Positions 36,996 to 45,617 of a DNA stretch of 45,617 bases are shown in pieces. The position numbers and the translations under genes were made by a program. Origin of the DNA: Eubacteriales bacterium (lineage in GTDB: Bacteria; Bacillota; Clostridia; Oscillospirales; CAG-272); the NCBI GenBank assembly GCA_045587785.1, contig JAZNDA010000131.1:1-45617 (forward strand). The letters run 5' to 3'. The notes under the pieces were generated by a model. It made no database searches. It saw nothing but the letters and a program-made list of their open reading frames with translations, and was not told the origin of the DNA. Position 1 is the stretch's first letter. Each line of letters begins with the position of its first letter.

Positions 36996-39007
36996 TTGCA
37001 AAGCATGCGGGCTTTTGCTTTGGCGTCAAGCGCGCGACCGAAAAGATCGAACAGCAGATCGGGCAGGGTAAGGGAAGGATATATACCCTCGGACATTTGA
37101 TCCATAATCCGAGCTATCTTGCGCACCTTGAAAAAAACGGCGTTCGATCGGTGGAAATGGATGAGGTTGAGGACATAGCAAAGGCGGCAACAGCGGAAAA
37201 GCCCGCAACGCTCTTTTTACGCGCTCACGGTGTGCCACGTGAAACCGAAATCCGCTTGAAGGCACTTTGCGACAAATATCCGCATTTTTCGTACGTTGAC
37301 TGCACCTGCCCGTATGTCAAAAAAATTCATAATATAGCGGCGGAATGCTCAAAGGATGACCATATTTTTGTTTTGATGGGGGATGCGTCTCACCCCGAGG
37401 TGGTGGGAATCATGAGCTATTTTGACGGTGAAAAATACGTTTTTGGCTCGCCCGAACAGCTCGAATCGTCATTATGTCAAATTGACATAGACAATTTGCA
37501 CAAAAAAACACCCGTTTTTGTGGCTCAAACGACCTATAATTTGTCTGAATGGATAAAAAGTCAAAAAATTATCGAAAAACTATATACAAAATCAATTATT
37601 TTTGATACAATATGTAATGTTACGGAAAAAAGACAGACCGAAGCGCAGGCACTTTCAAAAATGTGTGATGCTATGATTGTCATTGGCGGAAAGGAAAGCT
37701 CAAATACCGCCAAGCTTGCAAGCATTTGCAGGCAATATTGTGAGAACACATGTATGATAGAGTCGGCGTCGGAGGTGAGTGCCTTTTTGCCGAACACTCA
37801 CAAAAAAGTGGGAATCGTCGCGGGTGCGTCGACACCAAGCGATATTATAGAGGAGGTTTTTAAAAACATGAGCGAAGAAAATTTTGCCCAAATGCTCGAC
37901 GAATCGTTCAAAACTTTAAATACAGGAGACACCGTTATCGGCATCGTGACCAAGGTTACAGACGCAGATCTGCAGCTTGATCTTGGTACCAAGGTCACAG
38001 GCATGATCAAAGCCGAACAGATCACGGATGATTCTTCTGTAAAGCTGACTCAGATGTTTAAGGTTGGCGATGAGGTCGAGGCCTTTGTTATTCGCGTGAG
38101 CGATGTTGAAGGCGTAGCTGAGCTTTCCAAGAAGCGTGTTGATTCGGACAAGAACTGGGTCAAGATCGTACAGGCAAGCGAAAATCAGGAAATCCTTGAA
38201 GGCAAGGTCACTGAGGCGGTCAAGGGCGGCGTTGTTGTCGTTGTTGATTCGGTGCGTATTTTTGTACCCGCATCTCAGACGGGTGTTCCGAAGGAAGGCG
38301 ACTTGAACGCCCTTGTCGGAACGGTCGTTAAGCTTAAGGTCATCGAGATCAAGCCCTTTGGTAAGAAGGCGATCGGTTCGATCCGTGCGGTTCTCCGTGA
38401 GGAGCGCCGTGCGAAGGAAGCGGCTTTCTGGGCTGAGATCGAGGAGGGCAAGAAGTACACGGGTACCGTTAAGAGCATGACAAGCTACGGCGCGTTTGTT
38501 GACCTTGGTGCAGGTGTTGACGGTATGGTTCATACCTCGGAGCTTTCCTGGAAGCACATCAAGAGCCCTGCAGACGTTCTTGCTGTCGGCGACGAGATCA
38601 CAGTTTTCGTTAAGAGCTTTGATGCTGAGAAGAAGAGAATTTCTCTTGGATACAAGACAGATGATACCAATCCGTGGTTGTTGTTCCGCAATACATACAA
38701 CACAGGTGACGTCGTATCGGTCAAGATCGTTAACATGATGCCCTTCGGTGCATTCGCGGAGATCATGGACGGCGTTGACGGTCTGATCCACATTTCTCAG
38801 ATCGCACAGACCAGAATCGGCAAGCCTGCCGATGTGCTTGAGCTCGGTCAAGAGGTCGATGCCAAGATCATTGAAATTGATGACGAGAACAAGAAGGTAA
38901 GCCTTTCTATCCGCGTTTTGCTTGACGAAGCGCAGGCAGAGGCTGAGGCTATGCCCGAGGAAGCTGCTGAGGCGGAAGAAACCGCCGCTGAAGAAGCTGC
39001 TGAGTAA
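36977..39007 (+). CDS. ispH: Bifunctional 4-hydroxy-3-methylbut-2-enyl diphosphate reductase / 30S ribosomal protein S1
   Basis: GFCFGV, LRAHG, DCTCPYV, DTICN.T..RQ, SSNT, AGASTP, followed by four S1 domains. Confidence 0.94.
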   Translation: MSPEIIIAKHAGFCFGVKRATEKIEQQIGQGKGRIYTLGHLIHNPSYLAHLEKNGVRSVEMDEVEDIAKAATAEKPATLFLRAHGVPRETEIRLKALCDKYPHFSYVDCTCPYVKKIHNIAAECSKDDHIFVLMGDASHPEVVGIMSYFDGEKYVFGSPEQLESSLCQIDIDNLHKKTPVFVAQTTYNLSEWIKSQKIIEKLYTKSIIFDTICNVTEKRQTEAQALSKMCDAMIVIGGKESSNTAKLASICRQYCENTCMIESASEVSAFLPNTHKKVGIVAGASTPSDIIEEVFKNMSEENFAQMLDESFKTLNTGDTVIGIVTKVTDADLQLDLGTKVTGMIKAEQITDDSSVKLTQMFKVGDEVEAFVIRVSDVEGVAELSKKRVDSDKNWVKIVQASENQEILEGKVTEAVKGGVVVVVDSVRIFVPASQTGVPKEGDLNALVGTVVKLKVIEIKPFGKKAIGSIRAVLREERRAKEAAFWAEIEEGKKYTGTVKSMTSYGAFVDLGAGVDGMVHTSELSWKHIKSPADVLAVGDEITVFVKSFDAEKKRISLGYKTDDTNPWLLFRNTYNTGDVVSVKIVNMMPFGAFAEIMDGVDGLIHISQIAQTRIGKPADVLELGQEVDAKIIEIDDENKKVSLSIRVLLDEAQAEAEAMPEEAAEAEETAAEEAAE

Positions 39008-39016
39008 GTAAAACCA

Positions 39017-39053
39017 AAATGCTCTCCGACGCTTTATGTGACGGAGAGCATTT
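39017..39053 (+). terminator. Hairpin/terminator after ispH-rpsA
   Basis: aaatgctctccg...cggagagcattt. Confidence 0.7.
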
Positions 39054-39075
39054 AACTTTTGAAGGAAGAAATTTT

Positions 39076-39624
39076 ATGCTGGAAGAAATTAAGTTGCAAG
39101 CGGCGCAGGCAACAAAAGAGCTCATAGAAGTGTCGGGAATTGCGTGCGGCGAATTGTTTGTGGTCGGATGCTCGTCGTCGGAGATCGTAGGTGAGCATAT
39201 AGGAAAAGGCTCCAGTTTGGATGCCGCAAAGGCGGCGTTTGATGGCATATATCCGATGCTGTGCGAAAAGGGGATCTATCTTGCCGCACAGTGCTGTGAG
39301 CATTTGAACCGAGTTCTCATTGTGGAAAAGGAATATGCACTTGCTCACGGACTTGAGATCGTTTGTGTCAAGCCTCAGCCAAAGGCGGGAGGCTCATTTG
39401 CCACAACGGCGTATGAGCGCTTTAAGGACCCCGTGGCTGTTGAAACGGCACAGGCGGTGGCAGGGATGGATATCGGCGGTACGCTGATCGGTATGCATCT
39501 GAAACGTGTTGCGGTTCCCGTTCGTTTGTCGATGAAGCATATTGGTCAGGCAAATCTGATTTGCGCAAGAACGCGTCCGAAATTTGTCGGCGGCATGAGG
39601 GCTGTATACCCAGAAAATATTTGA
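39076..39624 (+). CDS. TIGR01440/UPF0340 (YwlG-like) protein
   Basis: VGCSSSE, QCCEHLNR, AGGS, DIGGTLIGMHL, RPK.VGG motifs. Confidence 0.9.
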   Translation: MLEEIKLQAAQATKELIEVSGIACGELFVVGCSSSEIVGEHIGKGSSLDAAKAAFDGIYPMLCEKGIYLAAQCCEHLNRVLIVEKEYALAHGLEIVCVKPQPKAGGSFATTAYERFKDPVAVETAQAVAGMDIGGTLIGMHLKRVAVPVRLSMKHIGQANLICARTRPKFVGGMRAVYPENI

Positions 39625-39654
39625 CAACATCTGAAAGATTCGAAGGGAAGAATT

Positions 39655-40950
39655 ATGGATATTCTTTTGAGTATTGCTATTGCCCTGTTCGCGGGGCTTA
39701 TGATGACTCGTGTAATTAAACCTTTTGGTTTGCCCGCGGTGACGGCGTATTTGATCGCGGGCGTTTTGATCGGACCGTATTGCCTGGGTGCGCTCGGCAA
39801 TGTCGTCGGCATTGCGGGACTTGGCTTTGGTTCTATGGAGTATGTGGAGCATTTCGGTGTGATCTCGGATGTGGCACTCGGCTTTATCGCATTTTCCATC
39901 GGAAATGAATTCAGACTTTCTCAGCTTAGGCAGATCGGTAAGCAGGCAACCGTGATCGCGGTTTTCCAAGCACTTTCCGCTACACTTTTGGTGGACATCA
40001 CCCTGATCGTTCTCAGCCTTGTCCTCGGCGAAGATAAGCTGCCTATGGGCGTGGCTATCACACTCGGTGCCGTAGCAACTGCAACCGCGCCTGCGGCAAC
40101 GCTCATGGTCATCAGACAGTATAAGGCAAAGGGTAAGGTGACCGACATTTTGCTTCCTGTCGTTGCTTTGGATGATGCGGTCGGTCTGATCGTGTTTGCG
40201 GTGTCTTTCGGTGTTGCCAAAGGTATGGTGAGTGGCACGGTCGATATCTTTTCGGTTGTGGTCGATCCGCTGATCGAGATCGTGGCATCCTTGCTTCTCG
40301 GCGTGGTAATGGGCTTTTTGTTTGATAGAGTCGAAAGACTTTTCCATTCCAAGAGCAAGCGTTTGACTGTTTCCATTACTTTTGTCATCGTTACGGTTGC
40401 CATTACTATGCTGAAATTCCGTGTCGGACACATACATATCGGCTTTTCGTCGCTTCTCGCGTGTATGATGCTGGGTACTGTTTTCTGCAATATCTGCGAA
40501 ACCTCCGAGGAACTTATGGACCGTGTGGACAGATGGACCAACCCGTTGTTTGTTTTGTTCTTTGTCATCAGCGGTGCGGAGCTTGAGCTGAGCGTATTTG
40601 CGGATGTCGCCATCGTAGGGGTCGGCTTGGTATATATTATCTTCCGTTCGCTTGGAAAATATTATGGTTCATCGATCAGTGCAAGGATGACCAAATGCGA
40701 TGAAAAGATTGTCAAGTACCTGGGCATTACGCTTTTGCCGCAGGCAGGCGTGGCGCTGGGTATGTCGGTGACGGCAAAGCAGCTCGGTGTCTTTGAGGGA
40801 ACGCTGATCCGAAATATTATCCTGTTCTCGGTTCTGATCTATGAGCTTGTAGGACCTATGCTGACGAAGATTGCTCTGACCAAGGCAGGCGAAATTATCC
40901 CCGAAAACAAGAAATCGTCCAGAGTGGTCAATTCCGACCGAAAGAAATGA
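39655..40950 (+). CDS. Cation:proton antiporter (CPA2-type)
   Basis: PAVTAYL..G, ATAPAAT, ALDD, LLPQAGVALG motifs with multiple TM helices. Confidence 0.88.
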   Translation: MDILLSIAIALFAGLMMTRVIKPFGLPAVTAYLIAGVLIGPYCLGALGNVVGIAGLGFGSMEYVEHFGVISDVALGFIAFSIGNEFRLSQLRQIGKQATVIAVFQALSATLLVDITLIVLSLVLGEDKLPMGVAITLGAVATATAPAATLMVIRQYKAKGKVTDILLPVVALDDAVGLIVFAVSFGVAKGMVSGTVDIFSVVVDPLIEIVASLLLGVVMGFLFDRVERLFHSKSKRLTVSITFVIVTVAITMLKFRVGHIHIGFSSLLACMMLGTVFCNICETSEELMDRVDRWTNPLFVLFFVISGAELELSVFADVAIVGVGLVYIIFRSLGKYYGSSISARMTKCDEKIVKYLGITLLPQAGVALGMSVTAKQLGVFEGTLIRNIILFSVLIYELVGPMLTKIALTKAGEIIPENKKSSRVVNSDRKK

Positions 40951-41067
40951 CAGCAGTTTTTGAACAACAAAACCAAAAACCCTTTTCAACATGAATAATT
41001 TTTGCTTTGGAAATTTGTTCACTTTAAACAACAATGCAAAAAATGGTGTGGAATTTTACTTTATCTA

Positions 41068-41096
41068 TTGACAAAACGAGAAGTTTGTGATATATT
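41068..41096 (+). promoter_or_regulatory. sigma-A promoter
   Basis: TTGACA-N17-TATATT with extended TG. Confidence 0.7.
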
Positions 41097-41181
41097 ATTT
41101 ACATACCGTAAGCATGCCTGTGTGGCATGTACAATGCCGAAATGACATTGTAGCAATTATTTATTTATTGGAGGAGAAAAC

Positions 41182-42138
41182 ATGAAATTTACGAAATTTT
41201 TGGCTCTTGCCTTGGTTGTTGTTATGGCAGTATTTGCCCTGGCATCCTGCGGTAAGCCGGCTGAAACCACCGGTGAGGGTCCCGAGACTACACTGGCACC
41301 TGAAACAACACAGGATCCCAATTCCGAGGCATGCACTCACAAGAACTCTCTTAAGAAGACCGGTAATGACAAGGCTGCTACATGTACCGAAGAAGGTTAT
41401 GTAGAGAGAAAGTGCACCAAGTGCGATGAGGTCGTTCAACAGAAGGTTGATATGCTCGCGCATGCATACAGCGAAGTTAAGAGCCTTGACGGTAAGTACA
41501 CCAGAAAGGTCTGCAGTATGTGTAAGGGAGTAGTCGTTGTTGATGAGGCAGGCGCAGAAGTCGCAGATGCTTCGGCAATCGTATTCCCCTTGTTCTCAGG
41601 TACATTTGAGGGTGTTAATACCCTTGCTGATGTTGCCAACCTTTTTGAGGGCTTTAACTTGACACCTATGTTCGCAAACATCGTTAAGAATGACCCCAAC
41701 GGTGAGATCTACCTTAACATTCCCTCGGGTAACGTTGCTGTTGCTCCCAACGGTTGTCTTGACCTTGTTGACGAGACTGCACAGCTTGTTGGTGAGGCAT
41801 TTACTCTTACCTTCCTTGCAAGATATGAGGAAACTCCCTCAGCCCCCACCGCTCTTCTCACATGGAATGTTGATGGTAACGCTCAGGTTATCCTTTCCGG
41901 CGACTCAGAGGGCAACTATCTGAACGCTGCTGGCGATGTTCTTGCAACGTCGGCAGGCAAGGGTTGGGATAGCTTCAAGGTTGTTTTCGCAGCTGACGGT
42001 AGCTACACCGTTTCCTTGAACGATGCTCAGATCGGTACCGGTACTGTTGTTACAACGGGTGCTACATCCTCGATCCGTTTCTTCGATAGCAAGAACCAGT
42101 TTGAGGCATATCTTGACGAGATCATTATCTCAAAATAA
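41182..42138 (+). CDS. Lipoprotein of unknown function with Cys/His-rich segment
   Basis: Signal peptide II with lipobox LASC, Thr/Glu/Pro linker, ATCTEEG..CxxC repeat. GGAGG RBS. Confidence 0.85.
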   Translation: MKFTKFLALALVVVMAVFALASCGKPAETTGEGPETTLAPETTQDPNSEACTHKNSLKKTGNDKAATCTEEGYVERKCTKCDEVVQQKVDMLAHAYSEVKSLDGKYTRKVCSMCKGVVVVDEAGAEVADASAIVFPLFSGTFEGVNTLADVANLFEGFNLTPMFANIVKNDPNGEIYLNIPSGNVAVAPNGCLDLVDETAQLVGEAFTLTFLARYEETPSAPTALLTWNVDGNAQVILSGDSEGNYLNAAGDVLATSAGKGWDSFKVVFAADGSYTVSLNDAQIGTGTVVTTGATSSIRFFDSKNQFEAYLDEIIISK

Positions 42139-42149
42139 GTTGAAAAACC

Positions 42150-42182
42150 AATGGGCTGTTGCATGGCAACATCCCATTTTTC
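42150..42182 (+). terminator. Intrinsic terminator
   Basis: aatgggctgttgc-atg-gcaacatcccatt followed by a T run. Confidence 0.75.
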
Positions 42183-42274
42183 TGTGAAAATGTAAAAAAA
42201 GAAAAGCATTTGCGGCTAAACATTGCCATATTTGACAAAAAAGAAAAAATAGCCAAAAATTTAACAAATACTTA

Positions 42275-42303
42275 TTGATAAAATTTAGTATTTGTGATAT
42301 ATT
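42275..42303 (+). promoter_or_regulatory. sigma-A promoter for pgk-tpiA
   Basis: TTGATA-N17-TATATT with extended TG. Confidence 0.6.
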
Positions 42304-42358
42304 ATAAGTTAGTAAAATTTATAGTTAACAAAAATTGTATGAAAGGCAGAAACCGAAC

Positions 42359-43558
42359 ATGACTTACAATAAGAAAAACATTGAAGACATTGATGTTGCG
42401 GGCAAGAAGGTTCTTGTACGTTGCGATTTCAATGTACCGCTGAAAGACGGCGTGATCACCAGTGACAAGAGAATCGTTGAGGCACTTCCCACCATTCGCT
42501 ACCTTCTTGATAAGGGCGCAAAAGTGATTCTTTGCTCTCACATGGGTAAGCCCAAGGGTGCTGTTGTAGCAAAATATTCGTTGGCTCCTGTTGCCGCAAA
42601 GCTCACTGAGCTTCTTGGTCAGACAGTTGAGCTTGCCGCAGATACCATTGGCGCAGATGCCAAGGCAAAGGTGGCGGCTTTGAAGGAAGGACAGGCTGTT
42701 CTTCTTGAAAACACCCGTTTTGACGCAGGTGAAGAAAAGAACGATCCCGCATTTGCTAAGGAGCTTGCTTCTTTGGCAGAGGTGTTTGTAAACGATGCAT
42801 TCGGTGCAGCTCACAGAGCACACGCTTCCACCGCAGGTGTGGCTGATCATCTCCCCGCTGTTTGCGGTTACCTGATTCAGAAGGAAATTTCTGTCATGGG
42901 TAAGGCTTTGGCTGACCCTGAGCGTCCTTTTGTTGCTATCCTTGGCGGCGCGAAGGTTTCCGATAAGCTGAACGTTATCAATAACCTTCTCACAAAGGTC
43001 GATACCCTCATTATCGGTGGCGGTATGGCGTATACCTTCCTTGTAGCAAAGGGCTACGGCATTGGTACTTCGCTGTTCGATGAGACCAAGGTTGACTACT
43101 GCCGTGAGATGCTCCAGAAGGCAGAGAAGAACGGCGTAAAGCTTCTTCTTCCCATTGATACCGTGGTTGCTAAGAGCTTCCCCGATCCGATCGACGGTGA
43201 CATTGAGGTCAAGACCGTTTCTTCCAGCGAGATTCCCGCAGATATGATGGGACTTGATATCGGCGAAAAGACCAGAGAGCTGTTTGCCGATGCCGCAAAG
43301 AACGCAAAGACCGTTGTTTGGAACGGCCCGATGGGCGTGTTCGAGAATCCCACCTTGGCAAAGGGAACCATTGCTGTTGCTAAGGCTCTTGCTGAGTCTT
43401 CTGCGATCACCATTGTTGGCGGCGGTGACTCTGCCGCAGCTTGTGAGCAACTTGGCTTTGCATCCGAGATCACCCATATTTCCACAGGCGGCGGCGCATC
43501 GCTTGAGTTCCTTGAGGGACTTGAACTGCCCGGTATCGCTTGCCTTCAGGACAAGTAA
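42359..43558 (+). CDS. pgk: Phosphoglycerate kinase
   Basis: [47 protein letters not shown] at 42359. Confidence 0.98.
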   Translation: MTYNKKNIEDIDVAGKKVLVRCDFNVPLKDGVITSDKRIVEALPTIRYLLDKGAKVILCSHMGKPKGAVVAKYSLAPVAAKLTELLGQTVELAADTIGADAKAKVAALKEGQAVLLENTRFDAGEEKNDPAFAKELASLAEVFVNDAFGAAHRAHASTAGVADHLPAVCGYLIQKEISVMGKALADPERPFVAILGGAKVSDKLNVINNLLTKVDTLIIGGGMAYTFLVAKGYGIGTSLFDETKVDYCREMLQKAEKNGVKLLLPIDTVVAKSFPDPIDGDIEVKTVSSSEIPADMMGLDIGEKTRELFADAAKNAKTVVWNGPMGVFENPTLAKGTIAVAKALAESSAITIVGGGDSAAACEQLGFASEITHISTGGGASLEFLEGLELPGIACLQDK

Positions 43559-43566
43559 AAAAGTGA

Positions 43567-43587
43567 CGGGGGAGAGCTTCTCCCCCG
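43567..43587 (+). other. Intergenic hairpin between pgk and tpiA (stabiliser or partial terminator)
   Basis: cgggggaga-gct-tctcccccg. Confidence 0.6.
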
Positions 43588-43616
43588 ATTTTATCAAAAA
43601 GATTGGAGAGATAAAC

Positions 43617-44384
43617 ATGAATCCTTTGAAGAGAAGAACCGTTATCGCGGGTAACTGGAAGATGAATTTTACTCCCGCTGAAGCTACCGCATTTATCGGC
43701 GAGATCAAGCCTCTCGTCGTAGGCAAGGACAATTGCGATATCATTTTCTGTGCACCCTACGTGACCATTGCTGCCGCTATGGAAGCCGCAAAGGGAAGCA
43801 ATATCAAGATCGGTGCTGAGAACGTACATTTTGCACCTAAGGGCGCATATACGGGCGAGGTGTCGGCTGAAATGCTTAAGGCGATCGGCGTAGAGTACGT
43901 TATTATCGGTCACAGTGAGCGCCGTCAGTATTTCGGTGAGACCGATGAGACGGTAAACCTTCGCACCAAAGCCGCTCTTGAGGCAGGTCTTAAGGTCATC
44001 CTTTGCCTTGGCGAGGTAAAGGAGCAGAGACTTGCAGGTATCACCGATGAGGTGGTTGGCATGCAAACAAAGCTTGATCTTGCAGGTGTCAGTGCAGAAC
44101 AGCTTAAGAACGTTATCATTGCGTATGAGCCTGTCTGGGCGATCGGTACGGGACTTACCGCAACTCCCGAGCAGGCTGAGGAGACCTGCGGCGTGATCCG
44201 TAAGGTTCTGGCTTCGATGTATTCCGATGAGGTTGCAGAGTCGGTGACCATTCAGTACGGCGGCTCTATGAACGAGGGTAATGCTGCAGAGCTTCTTGCC
44301 AAGCCCAATGTGGACGGCGGTCTGATTGGTGGCGCGTCGCTTGTTGCCCAGAAGTTTAAGGCAATTGTGGATGCCGCTCAGTAA
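43617..44384 (+). CDS. tpiA: Triosephosphate isomerase
   Basis: AGNWKMN, GHSERR, AYEPVWAIGTG, YGGS, GGASL. ATG at 43617 follows GGAGAG. Confidence 0.98.
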   Translation: MNPLKRRTVIAGNWKMNFTPAEATAFIGEIKPLVVGKDNCDIIFCAPYVTIAAAMEAAKGSNIKIGAENVHFAPKGAYTGEVSAEMLKAIGVEYVIIGHSERRQYFGETDETVNLRTKAALEAGLKVILCLGEVKEQRLAGITDEVVGMQTKLDLAGVSAEQLKNVIIAYEPVWAIGTGLTATPEQAEETCGVIRKVLASMYSDEVAESVTIQYGGSMNEGNAAELLAKPNVDGGLIGGASLVAQKFKAIVDAAQ

Positions 44385-44396
44385 ATGAGATACTTC

Positions 44397-44425
44397 GACC
44401 GAGGACAAAGCTCCTCGGTCTTTTT
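44397..44425 (+). terminator. Intrinsic terminator after tpiA
   Basis: gaccgagga-caaagc-tcctcggtc-ttttt. Confidence 0.85.
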
Positions 44426-44498
44426 ATTACAATAAATTCACAAAAAAGGCTTGTATATTTCAGATCAAATGACTATAATAGAAGCAGGGGGTGAGAAT

Positions 44499-45203
44499 AT
44501 GTTTATTGACTGGACGTATATTGTATTGGTGTTGCCTGCGGTGATCTTTTCTTTGTGGGCAAGTGCAAGGGTAAATTCAACCTTCAAAAAATATTCAAAA
44601 CAGCTTATCGGCTGTGGCATGACGGGCTATGATGCGGCGCGTATGATTCTTGATTATCACGGCTTGCAGAACGTGAGAATTGAGCGCGTGGGAGGAAATC
44701 TGACCGACCACTATAGCCCTAAAGAAAACGTGATACGCTTGTCGGATTCGGTCTATAACAGCCGAACTGCGGCGGCGGTGGGTGTTGCCGCCCACGAGTG
44801 CGGACATGCGGTGCAGCATGCGAAAGGGTACCTGCCCATTAAGATCCGAACAGCCATTGTTCCGATTACCAACATTGGTTCGAGATTGGCTATGCCGCTG
44901 ATTCTGATCGGCATTTTGCTGTCTTACAGTGCGTCGCAGTATATCAGTATTGCATATGTGGGCGTGGTGTGTTTTTCGCTGTGTGCGCTGTTTCAGCTTG
45001 TTACATTGCCTACCGAGTATAATGCCAGCTCAAGGGCAATGAAGGCACTGGAAAACGGCGGACGCCTATCGTCACAGGAACTGAGGGGGGCGAGACGGGT
45101 ACTGAGCGCGGCGGCACTCACCTACGTGGCTGCACTCGCCGTTTCTTTGATGCAGCTGCTAAGACTTTTGTTGCTTGTCAGAGGAAGCGACCGCAGAAGA
45201 TAA
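44499..45203 (+). CDS. Putative neutral zinc metallopeptidase (YugP-like)
   Basis: LTDHY.P, AAHECGHAVQH (HEXXH), TLP.EYNAS.RA, AAALTYVA. ATG at 44499. Confidence 0.92.
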   Translation: MFIDWTYIVLVLPAVIFSLWASARVNSTFKKYSKQLIGCGMTGYDAARMILDYHGLQNVRIERVGGNLTDHYSPKENVIRLSDSVYNSRTAAAVGVAAHECGHAVQHAKGYLPIKIRTAIVPITNIGSRLAMPLILIGILLSYSASQYISIAYVGVVCFSLCALFQLVTLPTEYNASSRAMKALENGGRLSSQELRGARRVLSAAALTYVAALAVSLMQLLRLLLLVRGSDRRR

Positions 45204-45206
45204 CGG

Positions 45207-45285
45207 GTAGCCTAAGTGGGCTTATTGCTTCGAGCCCGCTTAGGCTAGGCAAGAAGAAATAATCCGAACCCGCCCTTGAGCCTAC
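45207..45285. repeat. REP-like palindromic element
   Basis: GTAG followed by a 15-bp hairpin (45208-45247) and a degenerate inverted copy ending in CTAC at 45285. Confidence 0.4.
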
Positions 45286-45325
45286 TAAAAAATGCAAAAA
45301 ACTTTAGTTTTTTGCCAAAAACCTA

Positions 45326-45354
45326 TTGACTTTTGAAACGAAAAGTGGTATAAT
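45326..45354 (+). promoter_or_regulatory. sigma-A promoter of tRNA-Leu
   Basis: TTGACT-N17-TATAAT with extended TG. Confidence 0.8.
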
Positions 45355-45382
45355 ACCGATGTTGCCGTAATAACGGCGGCAT

Positions 45383-45467
45383 GCGGGAGTGGCGGAACTG
45401 GCAGACGCGCACGTTTGAGGGGCGTGTGGTTATCACCGTACGGGTTCAATTCCCGTTTCCCGCACCA
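45383..45467 (+). tRNA. tRNA-Leu (anticodon GAG)
   Basis: Acceptor stem gcgggag/ttcccgc, anticodon arm cacgt-ttGAGgg-gcgtg, long variable arm, GGTTCAA T loop, encoded CCA. Confidence 0.97.
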
Positions 45468-45473
45468 AACAGT

Positions 45474-45521
45474 AGAAATCCGAACCCAAAGCCGGTAGGC
45501 GAAGGGTTCGGATTTCTTTTT
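45474..45521 (+). terminator. Hairpin/terminator after tRNA-Leu
   Basis: agaaatccgaaccc-N16-gggttcggatttct followed by a T run. Confidence 0.8.
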
Positions 45522-45617
45522 GTGTTCAGTGATATGTGATGTCAATCTGCTGTTGTTGGCATCACGCCCGAGCACCGCCCAAGTAAATATCCTTGATAGT
45601 TGATGCCAAACGAAAAC

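Noticed and set aside
43254-43616. tpiA frame is open 121 codons upstream through the pgk 3' end, suggesting a Thermotoga-like Pgk-Tpi frameshift fusion
   Set aside because: It would need a +1 shift and there is no slippery site before the pgk TAA. tpiA has its own RBS. Long open +1 frames also occur in rpsB and tsf here because of codon bias.
45285-45575. 96-aa minus-strand ORF
   Set aside because: It is antisense to tRNA-Leu, its promoter and its terminator.

Overview
This is a core-chromosome window from a spore-forming Clostridia-class bacterium (Oscillospirales-like by gene content; inferred). No prophage, CRISPR array or autonomous transposase is visible. Gene order, left part: a truncated P-loop gene; the ctsR-mcsA-mcsB-clpC stress operon with three CtsR boxes; a three-gene SleC-type spore cortex-lysis cassette whose pre/pro domain is a separate gene; SRP RNA-dnaX-ybaB-recR; ruvB-ruvA-yfhO-DUF951 divergent from ruvC-methyltransferase-ecfA1-ecfA2-ecfT-truA-cvpA-ClpE-like ATPase-ylmC. 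Right part: rpsB-tsf; an orphan PTS IIC-like gene; a YtrA-type GntR/ABC operon; a ZIP transporter; a Trp T-box with a stand-alone trpB; RpiR-flavoprotein-(cmk-plsC fusion)-(ispH-S1 fusion)-TIGR01440-antiporter; a Cys/His-rich lipoprotein; pgk-tpiA; a zinc peptidase; tRNA-Leu(GAG). The most unusual signals are: (1) a TA-flanked palindromic repeat family, including a 266-bp MITE-like element, that at all three loci supplies the stop codon of the upstream gene; (2) the genetically split SleC; (3) mutually exclusive stems around the SRP RNA precursor; (4) an A10 tract at the Cmk/PlsC junction; (5) an internal promoter and RBS for S1 inside ispH-rpsA.
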